This document shows positions 52,860-64,000 of a DNA stretch of 64,000 bases, piece by piece. The notes under the pieces were generated by a model. The model did no database searches. It was not told where the DNA came from and saw only the letters and a list, made by a program, of their open reading frames with translations. The stretch's first letter is position 1. Every line of letters begins with the position of its first letter. Origin of the DNA: Eledone cirrhosa (taxonomy: Eukaryota); the NCBI GenBank assembly GCA_964016885.1, contig OZ024744.1:52204001-52268000 (forward strand). The letters are read 5' to 3'. The position numbers and the translations under genes are program-made.

Positions 52860-55800
52860 ATGGCCATATTAAGAGTAGGAAGTTTAAATGTTCGCGGCCT
52901 GAAGTCACCCTGGAAGCAGGGTTGCCTGCTCAACGACCTCAGGTCGCTGGAAATGGATGTGATTGCCGTCAGCAGATCTTCGCATCTGTTAGCAGGCCGA
53001 GAATGGTAGGTGGGGTGGCATTGCTGTTTAGGAAAGGACTGGATCTCGAGGTAAGGTCGATCTTCCGGGACCCGGGCGGTAAGTTGGTGGTCTTGGATGT
53101 GAGCAGTAGCGAAGGTGGTGTCTTTAGACTGCTGGCCGTCTACGCCCCTACTGGGGCCGGACGACCGAACTTCTTTAGGCGCCTGGAGACCTTTCTGGGT
53201 ACGTGTCGCCCTTTACTGCTAGCGGGGGACTGGAACGGCATCTTAGACGCACGCTGGGACTGTGTGGGAGAAGCTGATAGGAGCTGGGGGTGCAAAAGCC
53301 TCAAGCACCTAATCAGCCAGATCCAACTGTCTGACAGGTATCGACTAGATTTCCCCAATGCACCAGTGTGGACGTGGACCAAGCGCATAGGGTCATCTAG
53401 ATCGTATATAGACAGGATCTTTATTAGGAAAATAGATAGAAATAGTGTAGGCTGCCCACTTTTTAAAACGGTCGCCTATTCAGATCACAAATTTGTGATC
53501 TGTATGGTCGACCTAGATAAAACACGTAGGTTGAGACCGGGTTACTGGAAGCTGAACATGTCATTTCCGGCACGTAAGGCTTACAGGGACCGAGTCAACA
53601 ATTTAGTTAAGCAAAAGTTGACAGGGGGGATCATCAACAACAGATGGTGGGGGCTCTCAAAAGAGAGATTAGAGTAACTTCGATAGAGTTCAGCAAAGAA
53701 CTAGGGTTAGAGAAAAATAGAAAGAAGGGGGAGCTGTCCGAGGGCCCGCGTGGCGGAGGCTCAGCGTGGCGCATGCGCAGCGTGGTAATAAAACCACAAT
53801 TCGGTCTTTGGCGGACCGAGACGGACACGAGATAAGCGATTCCTATCGGATGTGTGAGGCCTTTCGCCAGCACTTTGATCAGTTGTTCGGGGAGAGTGGC
53901 GAGTCAGAGAGAGTAGCGGATTTCAGTCCCTATATTGAAGGCTTGCCGCGCATCTCGACGGTCGACGCTGAGCGCTGCGAAAGGCCGATTACTTCAGCCG
54001 AAATTCAGAACACCCTTGTCGTCTGCATGAGGCGCAAGTCCCCCGGTTTGGATGGCCTGCTCTACGAGCTTTACGTAAATATGCCAGACTTGTTCTCCGA
54101 TCTCCTCGAACCACTCCACTGCAACTGGAGTATTCCCAGTTCTGTGAGCAGGGAAGTGGTGAGGCTGTAAAGGAAAGACCAGAACAAGAGAGATACATTA
54201 GACAACTTCAGGCCCATAACTCTGCTCACCACAGAGTTTAAGATTTTGGCGAATGTGTTAGCAAAGATATTGACGCTTGTCGTCGAGGATTTGGTTGGGG
54301 AGGGGCAAACTTGCGCAATCCCAGCCAGGTCCATACACGACAATCTCCAGTTCATGCGATACATCATATAGAGGGTAGGGTGAAAACCTGACTTCGATGG
54401 GGCACTGATCAATTTAAATCAATCGAAAGCATTCGATATGGTCGACCAACAGTATCTGGAGTTTGTCCTCAAAGCGGCTGGCTTCGGTCCTGTCTTCAGA
54501 AGCTGGATCGCTGCAATGCACAGCGGCACACGCTCGGTGGTCAAGGTTAATTGCCACTTCTCGTAACCATTTTGGCTCTCCCGATCGGTCCGTCAAGGGT
54601 CCCCTCTCTCTTCCCTTCTGTACGTATTGACTCTCGAGCCTTTACTGCGGAAGCTGGAGCTATTGCTGGGCATTCTGCTCGAACCGGGACGTGGAAAGAC
54701 GGTGTCGGCTTATGCGGACAACATCACCGTGATGGTGTCGGACACCTCAGAAATCGAGGTAGTCAGCACCTTATTGAAGGAAAATAAAAGGTTGACAGGA
54801 GCCAAACTTAGCCCGAAAAAGTCGGTGGGCTTGCAGCTCGGAACCGAGAGAGGCAAGCGTATGCCGTCCAACAGCATCGTGGGGCGCTGGACGGACGGAC
54901 CGGTAAAGATGCTCGGGATTTGGTTCGGACCAGACCTCCTGGTGGATAAGAATTGGAACGAGGTAACGAGCAGAGTAGCCAGTCTCACCCAAAAAGGGGT
55001 AGGAGGAATCTATCTCTGAAAGGTCGCGCGGAGGTGGCCGAATGCGTACATCGCGTCCGTCATCTACTACCGCCTGACTGTTGTGCCCTGCCCCCGTCCG
55101 CACCTCGTCAAGTTGGAACGGCTCTTCTTCAAATTTTTGTGGAGGAGACAAGTTCCGTTGGTGAGAGGGTCCATCTGCTGCCAGCACCCTCTACGCGGAG
55201 GGCTGGGCATTCCGTGGCTAATGATGCGCAGACATGCGTTGAGCTGCTGTCGTGGGTCAAGAAGAGACCAAGACTGGGTGACTGGCACCTGGAATGTTGC
55301 CAGGCGCTCACTGCCCTCTACCAAGCGGGCAATGCGATCAGTGGAACTTCCACTCTCGAGTTCTAAGTAGGATTAGTGGTGGGCAAGTGCGATGACGCAG
55401 TCGGAGAAGCTTTGGGCCTCGACGAAGTCGAACTGACCAGTTTGTACCGGAGGACTTTCGAACCGGGGACGATGGACAATTTCCAGAATCCCTCGCTTGG
55501 CAGTGCTACCGGAGGGGGGGGGGGGGGGCACTGCCGGTTCGGGATAAACTCTACAGGCACGGAAGTGCTGTCACACGAACCTGCCCAAGATGCGCACAGA
55601 ACGACGAAACCGTTCTGCACGCACTTGGCCAATGTTCGTGCATTACTGACTTGTGGAGTTATGTCGAACAGCTACTGTCGCGTGTGGAACGGATCCGGCT
55701 ATCGGCCGAGTCCATAGAAAGATCGACCTGCCGGCTTCCTTAGGTCAGGAAGAGCAGGAAATGTTCCTCTGTCTGGTGGCCGCTGCGAAAGAGGTTATAT

Positions 55801-55997
55801 GGTGGACCAGATTAAAAGGACTGAAGACAGACACTTTTCTCTTCGGCCAATCCCTCATCAACTTCTTCAAGTTTCACCTGGAAAGGAAGGTGAGGGTGGA
55901 GAGAGAAGTGTTGCCCCGCAGTACATTTGCTGAAAGGTGGGCGAATGTGGCGAGAATGGCACCTGTGAATGGGCCTACTCTGTCCATGCGCCTATAG
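52860..55997 (+). pseudogene. Tx1 ORF2 (APE endonuclease, RT, zinc finger; disrupted)
   Basis: MAILRVGSLNVRGL, VYAP, AGDWN, SYIDRIF, SDHK, GYWKLN, KSPGLDGL, NFRPITLL, KAFD, VRQGSPLS, AYADNIT, MLGIWFG, GGLGIP, CPRCAQNDETVLH. Confidence 0.93.
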
Positions 55998-56277
55998 GCT
56001 AGCTAACTTGAGGAGAGGGGTTGCTCCCTGGGTGCCCTAGAAGCGCAGGGTGGTTCAGGATTGGTGGGGTACCTGAGTAACCCCTGCCCCCCCCCCTATC
56101 GGGGAATTTATTTTGTTATATTTATGCATAGTATATTTCTTATTTTTTATATCTACATTCTTAAATTAGTCTTGCCATTGTGCACATTTACTCGACCTTA
56201 TTGTAAACCCCCACTCTCCCTGTCTTTGTATTGTCCCCTACATGTTGGCCCTTGTGGTTAATAAATGAAATCATTAT

Positions 56278-56525
56278 TATACCAGTAATGCACTGGGTAA
56301 TTGCTGGCCTTGTGTCTAAAGTAGAAATAATTATTATTATTCGGTGGATTGGCAGTATCGGTAGAGGGTCGGACGCCATGATTTCCAGCATAGTTACGTC
56401 CCTTTACAATCTGAGTTCAAATCCCGCCGAGGTCGACTTTGCCTTTCATCCTTACGGGGTCGATAAAATAAAGTACCAGTAATGTACTGGGTTATTGCTG
56501 GCCTTGTGCCTAAAGTAGAAACTAT
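56278..56525 (+). mobile_element. tRNA-derived SINE preceded by an extra copy of its own 3' end
   Basis: 56280-56330 duplicates the tail; full SINE at 56342-56525. Confidence 0.88.
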
Positions 56526-56786
56526 TATTATTATTACCATTATTTTATCATTATTGTTATTATTATTGTTATAACCCTTACTACTACTACAACAGCAACT
56601 ACAACAACTACTACTACTACTACTGCCGCTGCTGCTGCCACTACTACTACTACTACTACTGTTGCTGTTACTAATACTACTACTACTGCCACTACTACTA
56701 CTACTACTACTACTACTATTACTACTACTACTACTACTACTGCCACTACTACTACCACCACCACCGCCACCACCACCACCACCACC

Positions 56787-56826
<40 letters not shown>

Positions 56827-57380
56827 TGTTATTACAGTAATTATTATTATTATAACTATTATTGTTTTAACAATTATCATTATTATTGTTGTTATTACTG
56901 CTAATGTTATGATTGCTTATAGTATTTTGGATGATAATATTAATTCGATTGATTTCTATTGAGTTATCAGTGCGCATGCTCGTTGAATATATTTTCTCAC
57001 CAGAAATAAAGCGGACATAGAATCTCACAAAATACCCTTCTTTTCCTGTTTTCAGTTGACTCCGATCTAATCCTTTCTCTGCCAATTAGCAAATCGATTA
57101 ACGTGTCCAGAGATTAGTAGCTTTGTTGACAAGCTGCATTAATCTGGTGGCGCCCTCTATCTTACACCGTTCCATCCTTTCCATCATTCAACGCTGATTC
57201 ACCTGCAACGACAAGACACTTTACGGTGTCAGAGAAATAACAGAGAAAAAGAATAAACAATAAATAAAAGAAAATATATATAATAAATAAAAATAAATAA
57301 ATAAATCCTCATTTAGTGAAGTAGGGGAGAAATATGGAAAGATAGATAGATAGATAGATGGAGAGAGAGAGAGAGAGAGG

Positions 57381-57449
<69 letters not shown>

Positions 57450-57577
57450 CAGAGAGAACAGAGAGAGAGAGAGAGAGTCAGATGGATAGTGAGATAGATA
57501 TATAGCTTGATAAATGGGTGGATATATATATAGAGAGAGAGAGTTAGAGGGTTAGGAAGATATTTATGAACATAGAC

Positions 57578-57608
<31 letters not shown>

Positions 57609-57661
57609 TGTATGTATGTATGTATGTATGTATGTATGTATATGGTATGTATGTATATGGT

Positions 57662-57825
57662 ACCTGTCACATGGTCGGGTCGTTGGCGACTAAACTGGCA
57701 ACCCACCAAGGTTTCTTGGTGAGGAGGGTGACTTTGGACATCCTGCAGGACTAAAAACAAAACCTGTCAAAGTGCAAAGGAGCTCTTAAGAGTCAATGGC
57801 CATCCAAAATCACCGGGAGAGACGA
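57662..57825 (+). mobile_element. Fragment of the 15672-16260 element head
   Basis: ACCTGTCACATGGTCGGGTCGTTGGCGACTAAACTGGCAACC... matches the reverse complement of about 16065-16215. Confidence 0.8.
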
Positions 57826-58018
57826 AGAGAATATAAGGTGAAAGAAGAGGGGGTGGGGATTAATATATAGCAACTATAAGGGGAAGTATGGGATAAAGGA
57901 GCGATTTTTTGTCCAGGTGTGGAAAAGGAGACACCGAGAAGGGAGGAAGTGAGCGAAATGCTAAAAGACAATAATGTAGGTGTATGGGAGTGTCAAGAAA
58001 AGGTAGAGAGATATATGC

Positions 58019-58102
<84 letters not shown>

Positions 58103-58202
58103 TAATCGATTCCTTTGCAATTATTAATATTCGAAAAATTCAGATTACATTGATATATATATGTAATCTGAGTTGTACGAATATATGTATATATATATAT
58201 AT

Positions 58203-58857
58203 ATAAACGGAAAACATGAAACGAAATTTCATTTCTCACTCTTAATACGGCTGTTACTTAAATATAAGTATGAATACGTACATACATATATGTATACAGA
58301 CGTACAGTAGTATGTATATATATATATATACATGCACATATATATATATGTACGTATGGATTCACCGAACATCTATTACAATGCTCGGTGTGTTTGCAAA
58401 CAAACATCCCGTATTAAGCCGTAGTGTCCAGCAACCATCGTTGCTCGTTTGTTCAACACTGACAAAGGAACGCTGTACTAGTTTCAAGCTTATTAGCTAT
58501 CGTCAGCAACGTATTCCCTCCTGCCAGATTATTGAACGTATATACTTACCTTATGCATATCAACGGCTGAGTAGCCCAATTTGCATATCGAGTGGGTTAA
58601 TCGGCCGGGTGCACCGAAAACTATAAACGGAAAAAATGAAACGAAATTTCATTTCCGACTCTTAGTACGGCTGTTACTTAAATATAAGTATGTACACGTA
58701 CATATATATATGTATACAGACGTACAGTAGTATGTATATATATATATACATACATGCACACATATATATATGCACGTATGGATTCAGCGAACATCTATTA
58801 TAATGCTCGGTGTGTTAGTAAACAAACATCCCGTATTAAGCCGTACAGTGTCAAGTC
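58203..58857 (-). mobile_element. Retrozyme-like element, ~420-bp period partial tandem; relative of 44141-45225
   Basis: Unit starts at 58203 and 58623; one hammerhead. Confidence 0.82.
58470..58512 (-). ncRNA. Type I hammerhead ribozyme with minimal palindromic stem III
   Basis: ACGUUG-CUGACGA-U AGCU AAUA AGCU U-GAAA-CUAG-UA-CAGCGU. Confidence 0.88.
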
Positions 58858-58890
58858 AAGCTAAAAAGGTCAGACCAAATAAATGACATA

Positions 58891-58978
<88 letters not shown>

Positions 58979-58990
58979 CATAATATATCT

Positions 58991-59072
<82 letters not shown>

Positions 59073-59083
59073 ATATATATATA

Positions 59084-59279
59084 TAAATGTAATCTGAGGT
59101 TTTGGAATATTAATGATAACATTCATTCGTTTGCAATTATGTAGGCACGCCTCATTTTAAAGCCATGTCAGTAGAATGAACACTTCATTCTTGCTCTCGT
59201 ATTGGCATGTGAACAGAACTGCAGACACTAATGTTTCTGAGTATCACTCTTCATCAGTACATCACATTGTTCACCTGCC

Positions 59280-59365
<86 letters not shown>

Positions 59366-59625
59366 AAATTTCGCTCTACATGACTGAATACAATAAATGT
59401 AATCCGAGTTTTTCGAATATTAATAATAACATTTGATCCGTTTGCAATTATGCAAACAAGTCTCAATTTTATAGCCATGTCAGTACTGTTCGCATGCCAA
59501 CACAAGAGCAAGAATGAAGGGTTCATTCTACTGACATTGCTATTAAATTGAGGCTTGTTTGCATAATTGCAAACGAATCGAATGTTATTATTAATATTTG
59601 AAAAACTCAGATTACATTTATTATA
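59084..59625. mobile_element. Hammerhead-bearing element (59084-59282) plus a fold-back sister copy (59392-59623); short relative at 58100-58180
   Basis: Shared AAATGTAATCYGAG..AATATTAAT..GTTTGCAATTATG..GCCATGTCAGTA; about 59392-59485 is inverted at about 59528-59623. Confidence 0.8.
59220..59261 (-). ncRNA. Type I hammerhead ribozyme
   Basis: UGUA-CUGAUGA-A GAGU GAU ACUC A-GAAA-CAUUAGUG-UC-UGCA; stem I is short. Confidence 0.75.
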
Positions 59626-59640
59626 TATATATATATATAT

Positions 59641-60130
59641 ACACAGGTTATGTCATAGTACCTAGGTGGTTCAATGCAGGAGGATGCAGAACAATAATAT
59701 AATGGTGTGCTAGTAGGCTTCTGTCATCTTACCATCCCACTCCTACCGACTAGCCTCAGTGTCACGTGATTGATTCTTTAGAATCTGCCATTTGACCAGA
59801 GGCAGCGAGCTTTTCAGTACATGGAATCCAATCCCCGCTAGCTGTTTCATCTACCGAATTATTATTATTTTTATATGAGTCCCTAGTGTCCGCGCATTGC
59901 CTGGAGACTTAGCTGAGAATAGACTCCCTGATGACGCAATGAATTCTCGACAGTTTATTACGTAACTGTCTTTATCCCATTGCAGAAACTAATTAGTTGG
60001 AGTGAAAATGTTAGTAAGTAAGTTAATTTTAAAAAAAATTTTTTTTAATTTTCTTATTCTACGTCTTTTATATTATTGTTCTGCATCCTCCTGCATTGAA
60101 CCACCTAGGTACTATGACATAACCTGTGTA
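59641..60130 (+). mobile_element. Fold-back element (~62-bp inverted termini) with an internal hammerhead
   Basis: 59641-59702 is inverted at 60068-60130. Confidence 0.85.
59923..60003 (+). ncRNA. Type I hammerhead ribozyme with extended stem II and palindromic stem III
   Basis: ACUCC-CUGAUGA-C GCAAUG..GACAGUU/AACUGUC..CAUUGC A-GAAA-CUAAUUAG-UU-GGAGU. Confidence 0.82.
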
Positions 60131-60182
60131 TTTGCTAACATTAGCGTACATCTGTACGCATATGTTAGTAGATATACTAAAT

Positions 60183-60247
<65 letters not shown>

Positions 60248-60262
60248 CTATATATAAATGTA

Positions 60263-60297
<35 letters not shown>

Positions 60298-60303
60298 TTT
60301 TTT

Positions 60304-60447
<144 letters not shown>

Positions 60448-60894
60448 GGTTATCGAGTTGAGCTCTGCTGAGGATCGAATTCCAACCGTGACGATCTCCA
60501 CTGAAAGTTTTCCTGAAATAGTCTTTAAGACTATACAGAGCATTTGAAGTTTTTCCAAATTGAAGGATGAGTATTTTAAACTTTATTTTATCATGAGTTA
60601 AGGCTCTATTGATTTTTCCCTGGATTTCACTAAATTCTGTGGATGAATCTATATCCTGATTCTCTTTGAGATGAGTTTGAATTATTTTTCCCACATCTTA
60701 CGTTAACTATTTTTCCCATTTTGACGCTATAGTCACTTATATATTGTGGAATACTGTTGGCTTTTCGCTACAATGTTTTCTATACCTTTCACATAGTGTG
60801 TGTATATGTCTTTTGTGGAATGAGAGAGTCCTAGTTTTCTTTATGACATCTCTCTAGAAGAAGGTATCTCTGATATAAAAGACGTGACTTCATT

Positions 60895-61150
60895 TGCATC
60901 CAATGATGTTGACCGGTTCTTTTGGGGGGGCAAATATATTCGATGTTCAGAGAGTGGTATTGGCCTCCAACACAACCTTTCCTCACTTAATACATATTCA
61001 AGCATAGGCATCGTTTTGTGACACTTTCTGCGATGTTTGGTATTGCTGGCCATAGGCAAGTCCCTGGTTAGACTGAAAAGCCACGTCCGTGATGTTCATG
61101 CTTAAGTATAAAGTGATGGCATTACTCGAAATCGAGTGGCAGCCATCATT
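60895..61150 (+). mobile_element. Diverged RTE-derived 3' fragment
   Basis: CCAATGATGTTGACCGGTTC, zinc-finger remnant (CDV..KSLVRLKSHVRDVH) and terminal CTCGAAATCGAGTGGCAGCCATCAT+(TATG)n. Confidence 0.55.
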
Positions 61151-61485
61151 TATGTATGTATGTATAAATGTATGTATGTATGTTCTTCTGGTTTTATAAT
61201 TTCACAAATTTTTACCAATAGAGAGTCGGTTTCTAACATAGACACAATACTCTCTCATTGGAAATTACACAACATCAACTAGGTAGATTATTAATACATG
61301 TCTGCATGTGTAGATATGGATGTTATTGTATGTGTGGATGTCTATGTTTTGAGTTGTATGTGTGCATGTGTATATGCTTAGTATCTGTACATGTGTATAT
61401 GCAGTTATTAGATGCAACATTTTTGGAATATTTTACAAATTTTTACTGTTCCATTAATGGATTGTACTTGTAATTTCCTAACTAG

Positions 61486-64000
61486 TTATGTTCTTTCTGT
61501 TCCTCTGAGGCCTAGCTTCTCAAGATTTGTATTGAGGCAGTTACTAACATACCCCAGTGCCCCAATAATCACAGGCATAAATCTGAAGGTGTAATCAGGG
61601 TGGAGTATCTGCAGATTTCTCATCAGTTCTGCATAAATATTCTCCTTTTCGTTAATCTTTGATATTATATTGACATCTGCTGGGCAGATAATTTCCACTA
61701 CTGTGCATGCTTTCTTTTCCCTGTCCCATATCATAATATCTGGTCTGTTATGCCTGCATTTTATTGGGGTTTTTACTGGAACATTCCACCAGTACTCTTT
61801 CATATTATGTACATGGATGTCTTCCACATTGCTGTAGCTTTTAATGTGTTTATTATCGGGGCTATTTTTTTCACAAACTGCATTGTACAGTGTTTTGACC
61901 ACTACATCATGCCTCATAGGTAGATAGTACCGCGATGACATCTTTGGACAGCTGCTGATGACATAGGTGATATCCTTGATGTTAGTTCTGCACAGTCTGC
62001 ACTTGTTATCACATCTAGGTGTTTTGCCTGCATCCCTATCTCTTTTGTGAATCAGGTATTTCGTGTTAATCCCCTGTTCTTGGATTGCAAAAGTATATCC
62101 TTCAAAGTGGGAGCCAATATAGTGGTTGTTGGTTCAAGATAGACTACTTTCCTTATCTATATTACTCTCTCTCTGGAGCTTCCTGGCAACATATCCATGC
62201 ATGATTTTTTGCTGATAAGCATGCAGTATTTCAACCATGGATTCACTGCGATACTGCTGCACGACTTCCCTGGGTGTGAGTTTTTGATTATCACAGGGAA
62301 TAACTCTCGAGGAGTTCCTTCCCAACTCTCATGATCTTATCTGTTTCATGCAGATGGACTTGCTTAAGAAACGGGCTCCTACGCTTCGAGGTTCCTAGAT
62401 ATTGTCGGAGAGATATGATGCGACATTCAAATGTTGTCTGGACTGATGTTAAGCCTCTGCCTCCTTGCTTACGTTTCAAGTAAAGGCAGTCTATGTCACT
62501 GTTGATGTGGAAGTTTCCGGTGTTGTTTAGTATTTTTTGAGTTCCAACATCAACTGCTCGGATTTCGTCTATCGTCCAATTGAGTATTCCAAACGTTGGT
62601 GTTAGGACAGTCACAGCAAACACATTGTGAGCCACTGTTTTGTTTTGCGCAGACAGTGCCGATGACCAGATCTTTCTTAATCGGGTGTAGTATTCCCTGG
62701 TTACGCGTTCTTTATTACAGATACCATTATAGGATATGTTCTCATCTATCCCCAGGTATCTGTAGCAGTCCTCATCAGATATCGGTGAAACAGTTAGGCA
62801 ATTGATGACAAAGTTGCTAGATTGGGCTGTTGCTTTACAGTCATATATGAGCATTTATCTTGGCCAAACTCCATTCCTATATCCTTTGAGAACGTTGTAA
62901 CCAGATACAGATTTTTCTCCATCCCATCCATGTTCTTGGCATAGAGTTTCAGATTATCCACAAATAAATTATGGGTTAGGTTCGTATTTCTGTCCTCCTG
63001 TGAGCCAATGATGTATCCCTCACATTTCTTGAGAAGAAAGGACAAGGGGTTTAATGACAAGATGAATCATATCACAGAAAGACTGTCCCCCCAAATATAC
63101 CTCTGCAATATTTTATTATATCAGTGAAAATAGAGTCCTCCCACTCTGTCTTTAACCTTAGGATAGTAGCCCCAAAAGAAGACAGCCTCTCTATGGCTCT
63201 GACAATAATGTCTGGGACTTTAGCAAGTTGGAGGGCCTCTATCATCCAAGAGTGGGAAACAGAATCGAAAGCTTTCCTGTAGTCCAGCCAGACTGTAGCT
63301 ATATTCCTCCTAAGTTGTCGCACCTCCGACATCGCAGTTTTGTTGATTAGGAGTTGTTCAGCACATGACCAAACCTTTTTCTTTCGAGCTGCTTGTTAAT
63401 CTGTGATGATGTTATTATTTTCACGGTGATCTTGGGGGAATAGGTTCAGGCAGGCTGTATACATCTTATACACCAGGTTCTGGCATGCAATGGGTCGGTA
63501 GTTTTTTTGCCAACAGGGTGTCCTTGTTCTTGGGGACCAGTAATATGTCAACCATTCTGGTATAAGTGTATCTCCCTTAAGAACTTGTTGGTAGAGGTCA
63601 GTAAGATACCTTCGATAGAATATCAGTTTTTTTTGTACCAGTAGCCGACAATCATGTCTTTTCCTGGTGTTTTCTTATCTTGGAGTTTTCCTATCACAGT
63701 CTCAAGATTACCCTCACATATTTCGGTAATTCTTTCTGATTTCTCTTAGCTAAACTGCATCTTGGTTGAAATTCTTCTTTTCACCTCATATTCTGCTCCA
63801 AAATAAATCTATGTCTTTCTGGGATGGGGCCTCAGTGACACTTATTATCTTGTTCTTCATAACTCTGATATTTGGTTTCGTCTGAATCTTTTATTAAGCA
63901 CTTTTCTCTCATTTACCTTCTTCAGGTATCGGCGTTTTTCGCTAACAGCTCTCCATTCTTTGAGGGTGATCAGCTTATATTGAAGAGTTCTGGTTCTATT
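61486..64000 (-). mobile_element. R4/Dong-like non-LTR retrotransposon (RT, CCHC, restriction-like endonuclease), decayed, running off the window
   Basis: WLDYRKAFDSVSHSW, HNLFVDNLKLYAK, YRYLGI, RKQGGRGL, CRLCRTNIKDITYVISSC, RHD, HNRPDIMIWD..VEIICP..EKENIY (PD..E RLE motif), FMPVIIGALG. Confidence 0.88.

Larger units (their letters stand above)
50680..56272 (+). mobile_element. Near full-length decayed L1/Tx1-clade non-LTR retrotransposon
   Basis: Two-ORF layout with APE, RT and a CCHC-type finger; 3' end CCCTTGTGGTTAATAAATGAAATC followed by ATT. Confidence 0.93.

Overview
AT-rich, microsatellite-saturated animal genomic DNA with no confidently identifiable host gene. The SINE type and the (TA)n/(CA)n/(TATC)n density suggest an octopus or other coleoid cephalopod (inference only). 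Almost all entries in the ORF track are translations of simple repeats. The real coding remnants are all transposon-derived: several Penelope-like elements (PLEs; RT and/or GIY-YIG), a near full-length decayed L1/Tx1 element (50.7-56.3 kb) plus four 3' fragments, a decayed RTE (37.6-40.0 kb) plus RTE fragments, an R4/Dong-like RLE element (61.5-64 kb) and a mariner fragment. There are also a probable non-autonomous Helitron, about ten tRNA-derived SINEs and a 2 kb GGTGTCT satellite. The main hidden signal is that many non-repetitive islands between (TA)n tracts are fold-back (inverted) or short tandem elements carrying type I hammerhead ribozymes. I could hand-fold 13 with an intact CUGANGA/GAAA/NUH core and about 5 degenerate ones, from roughly 8-10 sequence families. 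Several have loop-less palindromic stem III (dimer-type). One family occurs as a ~476-nt tandem unit, as retrozymes do. Junction hairpins and inversions across (TA)n suggest a fold-back/self-priming insertion mechanism. All folds and coordinates were read by eye and may be off by a few bases.
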